Source of the DNA: an uncultured virus (IMG/VR IMGVR_UViG_3300037087_000281)
Taxonomy: Duplodnaviria; Heunggongvirae; Uroviricota; Caudoviricetes
Virus record (IMG/VR): IMGVR_UViG_3300037087_000281
Length of the DNA: 20,000 nucleotides
Reading direction: 5' to 3' (one strand)
The translations under genes were made by a program, and so were the position numbers. Numbering within the stretch: the first letter of the stretch is position 1; each line of letters opens with the position of its first letter. Below the pieces are notes generated by a model. It was not told the DNA's origin, searched no databases, and saw only the letters and a program-made list of their open reading frames with translations. Shown piece by piece: positions 1 through 6,627 of this stretch.

Positions 1-1242
1 CTGAATGAACGCGGCGACTCCCGTGTACGTCTTGAAGTACTTGTCGTAGAGCTTGACGAGCCGCTTGTAGGTGATCCCGGTCATGTCGGCGTTCTTCCCG
101 TCGATGGCCCTGATCTTGGCGACCACGTACGGGTAGAGGGACTCCCTGCCGAGGCCGAAGATGACGCCAAAGTGCATGTTCTTCACCATCTTGCGGAGGT
201 TCTTCTCGGCTTTGATCCTCTCCACGGGCCACCCCGTGAGGGAGTTCCCGACGAGGCAGTGGATGTCCTGCCCCGTGTTGAACTGGGAGATGAGGAGCCG
301 GTCCCCGGATATCTCCGCGAGCATCCTTACCTCGATCTGACTGTTCTGCGTGACGACGCCGCAAGCCAAAACATAGTTGTGATCCGGCTCCACCGTTATC
401 GTGAACATCGGTTGAGTTCCTGCCGGTTCGATGGCGATGATCTTGTGATTTAATCCGCGCTTTATTTTCTTTACGAGCCGATTAGAGTACCCGTAACTAA
501 GGCCGAAATGATCAGCTACTTTTGAAGCTGTCCAGTTGTCGACGCATACAAACTGATGTAGGAACTGCATGTCTTCATCAGACAGTTTGCTGTTTGGGTT
601 CCCTCGCCCGTTGTAAGAACGGCGCTTTTTAACGCCTTCTCTAAGCGCCTTGATCCTGACCGCATGATCTTGTTTCGCGTAGATGACTCTCATGTGTTCC
701 GCTCGATGATCGTACCTCAACTTGTACTCTAAATTTCCCGGAGAGTTGTTGGTAGGATCATCGTCTTTATGATGAACTTCATGCCCTTCTGGGCAAGGTC
801 CCAAATAAGCTTCGGCCACCAAATGATGCTCGTAGTCATATATGAAATGAGACCTGGAGTACCACGTCTTGTAACCTCCTCCGTTAGATCCCGGGCGACA
901 AGGCACCATCCGTTCCCCGATCCGTAACTCTTCTGTGGTTTTGACTACAACTCCGGAAGTTTTTCTCGCTTGTACTTTTTCCAGAGTGGGCCATCTGTGA
1001 TCATAGGAAGCGATGACGGACTCATCGTTGTCGAACGTTACTTTATACGCTTTTTTCGGACGGACCGTCTTAATGCGTGTTACTGCGCCCCATTTTATTC
1101 TTCCATCTCTGTAAGTAAGCACGGGGGTGCCGACGCTTAAGCTGCTTATCTTTACTGCCCCATTCAATGTTTGTATGAGGGTGTCCGGATGCAAGCACTG
1201 GTCGGCAGCGAGGAACACCCAGAGGTCATCGAGATCCTTCAC
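1..1242 (-). CDS. polA: DNA polymerase family A, C-terminal (palm/fingers) half, intein-containing; 3' end runs off the window
   Basis: Manual translation from GTG 1242 (GTGA overlap with the upstream stop; alternative GTG 1260 with GGAGG 7 nt upstream): MKDLDDLWVFLAADQ-[intein]-SQIEVRMLAEISGD (motif A), then GQDIH, RKMVKNMHFGVIFG (motif B) and YDKYFKTYTGV. The frame is open to position 1. Not in the supplied ORF track. Confidence 0.95.
   Translation of the reverse strand, partial: MKDLDDLWVFLAADQCLHPDTLIQTLNGAVKISSLSVGTPVLTYRDGRIKWGAVTRIKTVRPKKAYKVTFDNDESVIASYDHRWPTLEKVQARKTSGVVVKTTEELRIGERMVPCRPGSNGGGYKTWYSRSHFIYDYEHHLVAEAYLGPCPEGHEVHHKDDDPTNNSPGNLEYKLRYDHRAEHMRVIYAKQDHAVRIKALREGVKKRRSYNGRGNPNSKLSDEDMQFLHQFVCVDNWTASKVADHFGLSYGYSNRLVKKIKRGLNHKIIAIEPAGTQPMFTITVEPDHNYVLACGVVTQNSQIEVRMLAEISGDRLLISQFNTGQDIHCLVGNSLTGWPVERIKAEKNLRKMVKNMHFGVIFGLGRESLYPYVVAKIRAIDGKNADMTGITYKRLVKLYDKYFKTYTGVAAFIQ
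343..1197 (-). mobile_element. Intein (285 aa) with HNH homing endonuclease, inserted in PolA motif A
   Basis: Starts CLHPDTLIQTLNG (block A); has SYDHRW (block B), an HNH core HHLVAEAYLG...EVHHKDDDPTNNSPGNLEY, an HTH-like segment, and ends MFTITVEPDHNYVLACGVVTQN/S. Removing it restores AADQSQIEVR. Confidence 0.93.
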
Positions 1243-1394
1243 TCGCGCGTCACCGTCCACGACGCGCCCTCCAGGAGCGCCGTTACGTCCTCTTGAATTA
1301 GCTCTATGACCTGGGCGTCGGACATGGATGCGAACTGCTCCTCCGTGGCCCAGAAGTCCTCTAACTCCTTGGTGACCGTGACGGAGACGCGCAT
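1239..1394 (-). CDS. Small acidic hypothetical protein (51 aa, MRVSVTVTKELEDFW...)
   Basis: ATG 1394 overlaps the upstream stop (TGATG) with a GGAGGG RBS; its stop overlaps the polA-C start. Confidence 0.6.
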   Translation of the reverse strand: MRVSVTVTKELEDFWATEEQFASMSDAQVIELIQEDVTALLEGASWTVTRE

Positions 1395-1780
1395 CAGTCC
1401 CCCTCCCGGCGGTACGAGAACGGCTCCCGCATTCTGGAACCGCTGTGCCCGAGGTAGGTGCTGGTGTCGCTGCGCTCGTGGGGCCGGGTGGCACTCTCCG
1501 CCGCCGTGTTCCAGTGGAACAGCGGGTTCTCCGGAGCGCGGGTCTCCAACCAGGCGTAGTTGAAGAGGTTGCGGAGGTTCTCGGAGTTGCCGGTCCGCTC
1601 GTACTTCTCCAGCTCCTTCCGCATCCGCGTCATGTACTTCATCCTCCTGCTCGGACCGCCGTGCGGGGCCTCGTAGCGCGGGTACCCGAAGGCGAGGCGA
1701 TTGGCGGCCTGCTGGACGAACTCGATGAAGTGCGGCCAGTCGTGACGGAACTTGCCGCTGCACCAGACGGTGAACTCCAT
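1394..1780 (-). CDS. Hypothetical phage protein (128 aa), possibly all-alpha NTP-pyrophosphatase-like
   Basis: ATG 1780 with TGATG overlap and GGAGG RBS. NRLAFGYPRY...YERTGNSENLRNLFNYAWLE resembles helical phage proteins with an ExLxDxxNY motif; the function is an inference only. Confidence 0.7.
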   Translation of the reverse strand: MEFTVWCSGKFRHDWPHFIEFVQQAANRLAFGYPRYEAPHGGPSRRMKYMTRMRKELEKYERTGNSENLRNLFNYAWLETRAPENPLFHWNTAAESATRPHERSDTSTYLGHSGSRMREPFSYRREGD

Positions 1781-1944
1781 CAGTAACCTCCATCCGTGCA
1801 GTAGTCGCAGCACCCGCAGCTGCCGTCTTGACAACTCCCGCCACTACGATACTCGGCGTTCTTTTGCGCTTCTTCCGCGAGGTACCGACGAATCCGTTCT
1901 TCCCGTTCGTCGATCTTCTTGATCTCAGCAGCGATGGATATCAT
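1780..1944 (-). CDS. Small protein (54 aa) with Cys-rich C-terminus
   Basis: Manual translation MISIAAEIKKIDEREERIRRYLAEEAQKNAEYRSGGSCQDGSCGCCDYCTDGGY; ATGA and TGATG overlaps at its two ends fill the gap exactly. Confidence 0.6.
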   Translation of the reverse strand: MISIAAEIKKIDEREERIRRYLAEEAQKNAEYRSGGSCQDGSCGCCDYCTDGGY

Positions 1945-2357
1945 CGGTCATCTCCGTCGCCGTGAAGAGTTCCTCGTAAAACTCTCCCAGCGTATTTCTC
2001 CAGCGCGATGTCGGCTACCTCTTGAAGGGTCATCCCGAGCTCGAAAACTGTCGCTGACACGTACCACATCACGTCGCCCAGTTCTTTGCAAATGGCCAAG
2101 CGCCGTTCCTCGTTCAGGTGTCCGTCGTAGTCTCGGAGCAATTTCTTTACTTTCTCCGCCACCTCACCGCTCTCTCCGCATAGCCCCAACGCAGTATAAG
2201 GGAGATTACTTCCTTTGTCAGGATATATGGCAGTGTCCATGCAACGCTTTTGAAACTCATTCAAAGTAAGTTGCTGGCAGACCGAGCAAAGTTTCCCAGC
2301 CGTTCCGACTTCTCGACTCTGGCACTGCGGGCAATAGTCTAAATTCGGATCTTTCAT
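1941..2357 (-). CDS. mazG: MazG-like nucleoside triphosphate pyrophosphohydrolase with N-terminal CxxC..CxxC finger
   Basis: LGLCGESGEVAEKVKK...KELGDVMWYV (ExxE...ExxD MazG signature); start at ATG 2357 via ATGA overlap. Confidence 0.88.
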   Translation of the reverse strand: MKDPNLDYCPQCQSREVGTAGKLCSVCQQLTLNEFQKRCMDTAIYPDKGSNLPYTALGLCGESGEVAEKVKKLLRDYDGHLNEERRLAICKELGDVMWYVSATVFELGMTLQEVADIALEKYAGRVLRGTLHGDGDDR

Positions 2358-2563
2358 TTGCTTATCCTCATTTCGATTGTTATCAAGTGCATCTCGGCTA
2401 TGGTATCCTTGTACCCCAAGTAAGACATCTGAGTATAAAGTGGCTCTTTGCCAGATCTCGTATGCCCCTTGACGTAAGTACAAGAAATTCCATTCACTAA
2501 CTGATACCGGGCAAGCAGCATGAATCCAGCTAGCTTCAAAAACTCCCGTTCCCAATTCTTCAC
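2354..2563 (-). CDS. Hypothetical protein (69 aa)
   Basis: GTGA overlap with the thyX stop and ATGA overlap with the mazG start. Confidence 0.55.
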   Translation of the reverse strand: MKNWEREFLKLAGFMLLARYQLVNGISCTYVKGHTRSGKEPLYTQMSYLGYKDTIAEMHLITIEMRISK

Positions 2564-3225
2564 CGCATCTTACTCATAGCCGCCGTCTGTTTCGTTAGTG
2601 GCTCAATGTCATCGAACAGTATCGGAATCTTTACCTTCAGTTCAGCCAGTAGTGGAATGGTCACCTGTCGCATCTGCGGATGGGCTTCTTTGGTCGTCCG
2701 CATGATCATAATGTGCCGAAGATTGCGGAGGTTAGTCGTCGTGATTATCCTGCTGGCAAGGGCGTTGGGAAAGACAGAGCGGGCAATCTGAGGAGCGCAT
2801 CCCTCGTTGATTAACTTCTGGTACCACTTCTCGGCGTCCTCGATCCCACATATCCACGAGGCCTCTCTCGCTACCTCGTCTGGCTCCCCGTTGAAAGGCG
2901 TGATAAAGCTAGGGGGCATCTTCTTCTGGTAGTTGACAAAACGCGTACTTTCCTGTGTGAAAGCGCACAAGCGGTGCCGCACCCACTCGTGGGTAATGCC
3001 GCGGTCCACCACCATGTCGATGGTAACCGAGGCGTGCTCCACGATGCTCCAGTCCCCGTGGCCCAGAACCACGGTTTCGATGAATCGTCTCCAGGAGTCC
3101 TCGGTCTGCGCTTCTTCAGAGCGGTGGGAGATCCGCCCGCACCACTCGATCTTCTTCAGCAGCTTGACGCCGGCCTCCAGGTCGGGGACGTCCATCAGCC
3201 GCGCGTACGGCGTCACTATGTTCAT
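2560..3225 (-). CDS. thyX: Flavin-dependent thymidylate synthase ThyX family protein
   Basis: RHRx7S signature (RHRLCAFTQES-TR), SIVEH, QIARSVFP, NLRNLRH..MR; ATG 3225 with GGAGGAG RBS and ATGA overlap with the polA-N stop. Confidence 0.93.
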   Translation of the reverse strand: MNIVTPYARLMDVPDLEAGVKLLKKIEWCGRISHRSEEAQTEDSWRRFIETVVLGHGDWSIVEHASVTIDMVVDRGITHEWVRHRLCAFTQESTRFVNYQKKMPPSFITPFNGEPDEVAREASWICGIEDAEKWYQKLINEGCAPQIARSVFPNALASRIITTTNLRNLRHIMIMRTTKEAHPQMRQVTIPLLAELKVKIPILFDDIEPLTKQTAAMSKMR

Positions 3226-5045
3226 TTCTCCTCCAAAGCCAATCTCCACCGGCGGTCCGACACCATCAAGTTCTGCATCATCGGGTTCCCGTGCGTATTC
3301 TGGAAATTGAGGATGCCCTCGGCCTCGGCCCGGTCCCCCTTGCCGCTTCGCAGCCTCCCCGTGACCGCGCCAACTAACCACCATATAGTTCTAAGTTCGC
3401 CATCGTGGAGTTCTGCGCTCCTCGCGTACCCGGCGAGGTAAGTCGACGCGATCTTGCCGATAGTCCTACGCTTCATGACTAATTCCAACACCGGGTCTCC
3501 GGTCTCAGCGAGGAGAAGTTCCAGGATCTCCTTCCCGGTCCCGCGCGTGACAGTCCCCCTCCTGTCCGTCGGCGTCGGCAGCTTCAAGACGTCGTAGAGC
3601 AGGTGGGCCACCTGCTGCGAGGAGTCGCACTCGAAGCCGGGATCGTCGGCTAACTGCCTGAGATGCCTATCTAACTCTGCGATCATCTTCGGGACTGCCT
3701 CCGACGCTTTCTTCCAGTTTTCCCAATCAAGGATCGGCCCGCGCCGCTCCATCTTGTCGAGAGTCATCCCGGCCCTTACGTACACTTTGGCGAGAGCTTG
3801 ATTGACTTGCGGGCTAAACCTCTCTTCCAGTCGCTTCGTCACGTCACAGTCTCCGCAGTTGCGCAAGACGAGGAGATCGAGCGGCACGTTGGCATAGTTG
3901 ACCGATCCGAAAGTGCCGTCGCCGCCCGCATGTTCGATCACGGTGTCTTTGTAGTCTCCGAACTCGGGGAAGAACAGGTATGTGAGATTCTCTAATCCGC
4001 AGCTACGAAGAAAAGAATGCCGTAGGAACGTCCCGTACATCGTGTCATAATCGTACCCTCGCAATTTGGCTCCGAGGTATATCGCGCTCGCGGCCGAGTC
4101 ATATGACCCGTTCTGGAGAGTCTTCGGAATCGATACGTCTTCTAACAAGAGTTTCAACCGCCGACGTAAACTCTCACGCGTCTTCAAATCGGAACTCGCT
4201 TCAGGATGATCGATGACTACGGACCAAGCGCGGCCCGTCCAAGTCTTCCAGTTCCCTATGACGCGAAACTTTCCGACTCCGAATCCCGCCAGTAGCATCA
4301 CTTTCTTCCCATTGACTGTTCCATCTTCTACGTCATAACTGACTCGCCGTCCGGCCTTTGCTTCGGCCTTGATGATCTTCTCCATCGCGTCGAACGTCTC
4401 GACGGACTCTACCGCTTCGTAGCGCCTCGACTTTATGTAACCCCATCGACCGGGATTCTTTAAGATCGTTGCGACGGCCCGCAGCTTCTCCTTCCAGACG
4501 TTGAACTCCCATCCAGCCGCTTCTCCTCTTCGCAGAAGGTATGACGGGTGCTGGAGATAAACACAATACGCATTCCACGGTTCGTGCCAAAATACCGGAT
4601 GATCTTTCTTTAATGCTTTCCCGAGAAGTTGTTCTCCCGCTATATCCCCGAGTATCACGTGAACGACGGCCTCTCCGCGGTTAAGGTCGAGAGCTTCCGA
4701 GTTGTAAACGGCACAGCACTGGAGTTCCCGCTTCGTCGGGTCGCGCTCTTGGCCATCATCGGCAGGCCAGCACCTCACTCCCGCGTTCTGCACGTCGAAG
4801 TGGCCCCTCGTTAATCCGACCTCCGACAGCGCCTCCCACAAGAGCTTACCGGAGCTCCCCGACAGCTCCAAGCCCTTCGCGTTGTCGATCTTCCCCGGCC
4901 ACGCTCCCCAAAGCATGGCCCGTCTGCCCTTGACGCGCGATAGTCCCTTGATCTTCTTGACTCCGGCTATACCGTCGAGGGGGCAATGCGAACACCCCAA
5001 GACTTCGCCTCGGCGGGTCACCGGCTGGTTAAACAGATTTTTCAC
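3222..5045 (-). CDS. polA: DNA polymerase family A, N-terminal half: family-4 UDG-like domain + 3'-5' exonuclease + thumb
   Basis: UDG-like: CSHC, GAWPG..D..G..SG.SGKLL, RCWP, QCC, HPSYLLR. Exonuclease: YDVE, NGSYD, YDTM, NCGD. Thumb: MERRG, SSQQVAHLLYDVLKLP, STYL, then TGRLRSG...NFQN, followed by a stop before motif A. Confidence 0.93.
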   Translation of the reverse strand: MKNLFNQPVTRRGEVLGCSHCPLDGIAGVKKIKGLSRVKGRRAMLWGAWPGKIDNAKGLELSGSSGKLLWEALSEVGLTRGHFDVQNAGVRCWPADDGQERDPTKRELQCCAVYNSEALDLNRGEAVVHVILGDIAGEQLLGKALKKDHPVFWHEPWNAYCVYLQHPSYLLRRGEAAGWEFNVWKEKLRAVATILKNPGRWGYIKSRRYEAVESVETFDAMEKIIKAEAKAGRRVSYDVEDGTVNGKKVMLLAGFGVGKFRVIGNWKTWTGRAWSVVIDHPEASSDLKTRESLRRRLKLLLEDVSIPKTLQNGSYDSAASAIYLGAKLRGYDYDTMYGTFLRHSFLRSCGLENLTYLFFPEFGDYKDTVIEHAGGDGTFGSVNYANVPLDLLVLRNCGDCDVTKRLEERFSPQVNQALAKVYVRAGMTLDKMERRGPILDWENWKKASEAVPKMIAELDRHLRQLADDPGFECDSSQQVAHLLYDVLKLPTPTDRRGTVTRGTGKEILELLLAETGDPVLELVMKRRTIGKIASTYLAGYARSAELHDGELRTIWWLVGAVTGRLRSGKGDRAEAEGILNFQNTHGNPMMQNLMVSDRRWRLALEEK

Positions 5046-5773
5046 AGCAAAGACCTGCGAGGTGATTTCTTTTTCACAGAAACGCTTTTGTTGAAAAGGA
5101 GACGACGTGTCTGGTTAAGTCTCTTCACGGCGATGGCGCAGTATTTCTCCTCGATTTCGATGCCGATGGCGCGGCGGCCAAGTTGCTTCGCGGCTACCAG
5201 CGTTGTGCCGCTGCCCATAAACAAGTCGAGAACGACCTCGTCTTGCAAGGTTCCGAGTCGGATGAGCTTATTGATGACGCGCAGCGGCTTCACCGTCGGA
5301 TGCATGAAATCATTTTGCTCCGACGGGCTGACGATGAACCTGCTCTTGTCTCGAAAGGAGCCGTGCAGCTTGTTGGCCGAGAAGTGGTGCACAATGTACT
5401 CGGTGTCCGGAAGGTAGTTCCCGTTGGACAGCGGCGTGGGGTTCGGCTTGTTCCACGTGATTAGCATCCATCTCCTTTCGGGGCTTTGAGCGGCGCGCAA
5501 GATCTCAATTAGTTGATTTTTCCCGCAGAAGCAGAACCAGTTGTCGAATGACCGTAGCAACCCGACGTCGAACCCCCCGTCGATGTGCCCGTGGATGTCG
5601 GCAAGGTACTTGCGCCGTGCGCCGATGCCGCCTCCCTTCGCTCCGATTTCGTAGGGAGGATCAGTAAGCACTAAATCCACCTTCGGAAGATGAGGCAGTA
5701 TGTCGTTGCAATCAGCGCAATAGATCGTGATACCTTTCCCGTCATCGTAGTAAGGTTTGAGCAGTTTACTCAT
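5042..5773 (-). CDS. DNA amino-methyltransferase (N6-adenine or N4-cytosine), beta-class motif order
   Basis: LVLTDPPY catalytic motif N-terminal; HPTVKP; LDLFMGSGTT SAM-binding motif C-terminal; IGIEIEEKY. Confidence 0.93.
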   Translation of the reverse strand: MSKLLKPYYDDGKGITIYCADCNDILPHLPKVDLVLTDPPYEIGAKGGGIGARRKYLADIHGHIDGGFDVGLLRSFDNWFCFCGKNQLIEILRAAQSPERRWMLITWNKPNPTPLSNGNYLPDTEYIVHHFSANKLHGSFRDKSRFIVSPSEQNDFMHPTVKPLRVINKLIRLGTLQDEVVLDLFMGSGTTLVAAKQLGRRAIGIEIEEKYCAIAVKRLNQTRRLLFNKSVSVKKKSPRRSLL

Positions 5774-5886
5774 TTCAATCGTCGCTTAAATCACGTTTCT
5801 TGCCCTCTACCGTGGCCTAGGATCGCTCGCCGGGGTCGAACCCATGTTGAGCTACCTGTTCCGGGAAGGATCGCTTAGAATAAACT

Positions 5887-6600
5887 CTACGCACTCGGTC
5901 TCCCTTTCAATTGCGCCGGTTTTCTTTCGGTCTTCGCTTTGGCTCGCCTTTGATGGTTTACCGGATGCAAATATGGAGTCCCAACTCCCTCCCCGAAGAC
6001 CTCAGCCAGTTCTGGCGCGAATGTGAAGTAGCAGTAGTTCGGGTTGGTCAGCGTTCCCAGAAGCATCCGCTGCGCCTCTGCCTTGGCGATCCCGCGCGTT
6101 CGCAGATAAAACAACGCTTCTTCGTCAACTCGCGCTTCGTCGCTGAGGTAGTGAATGCGAAGCCCGTCTTCCTCGCAAAATTCCAGGAACTTCGTGATAT
6201 CGACTTTTTGGTACTCGTGCGGCCAAATGTGGACCGCTCCGTCCGGTGTATTGATGACTGCCTGTTGCAGATGAACGTACTCCCGCTCCTTCCGCCGTTT
6301 GATCCCAAGGTCATGCAACAGAACCCGCGAATTGGAAACATGCGGCATCGCGTACCAAAGCGACAAATGCGGGACGGTGACCACTTTTGTGCTGGCTGCA
6401 TCGACCTGTCGCCCGACCGTTACCGACACCAGCAACATGATCCAACCGCCGCCCTCAGGGATCGCTTTGCCGTATTCTTCTGGAAAGGCGTCTTCTGGGC
6501 ATTCGCGCCGATGGACCATATCGGTGATTGTCGAGTCCTTCTGGAGTTTGGCGTCCTCCGATTCGGTCCAAGCGGGATTCGGAATCATTCGAGGTATCAT
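5887..6600 (-). CDS. Hypothetical protein with a SufB/SufD C-terminal helical motif
   Basis: VDEEALFYLRTRGIAKAEAQRMLLG matches the SufB/SufD C-terminal consensus (D-e-e-x-lFYLxSRGi...A); the remainder is unrecognised. Confidence 0.7.
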   Translation of the reverse strand: MIPRMIPNPAWTESEDAKLQKDSTITDMVHRRECPEDAFPEEYGKAIPEGGGWIMLLVSVTVGRQVDAASTKVVTVPHLSLWYAMPHVSNSRVLLHDLGIKRRKEREYVHLQQAVINTPDGAVHIWPHEYQKVDITKFLEFCEEDGLRIHYLSDEARVDEEALFYLRTRGIAKAEAQRMLLGTLTNPNYCYFTFAPELAEVFGEGVGTPYLHPVNHQRRAKAKTERKPAQLKGRPSA

Positions 6601-6627
6601 GTCAGCTTACTCGTTGGTACAAAAATT

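Noticed and set aside
1239..1844. 201-aa minus-strand ORF in the track
   Set aside because: Only its last 51 codons (from ATG 1394) fit the coupled gene chain; the rest overlaps better-supported ORFs in other frames.
1243..3221. Group I/II intron or split intein joining the two polA halves
   Set aside because: The gap is completely filled by overlapping ORFs with no room for a ribozyme core. PolA-N has no intein-N tail, and the intein in polA-C is complete and internal.
5828..5866. Complete tRNA gene
   Set aside because: It has T-loop and D-arm-like words but no anticodon arm or acceptor stem.
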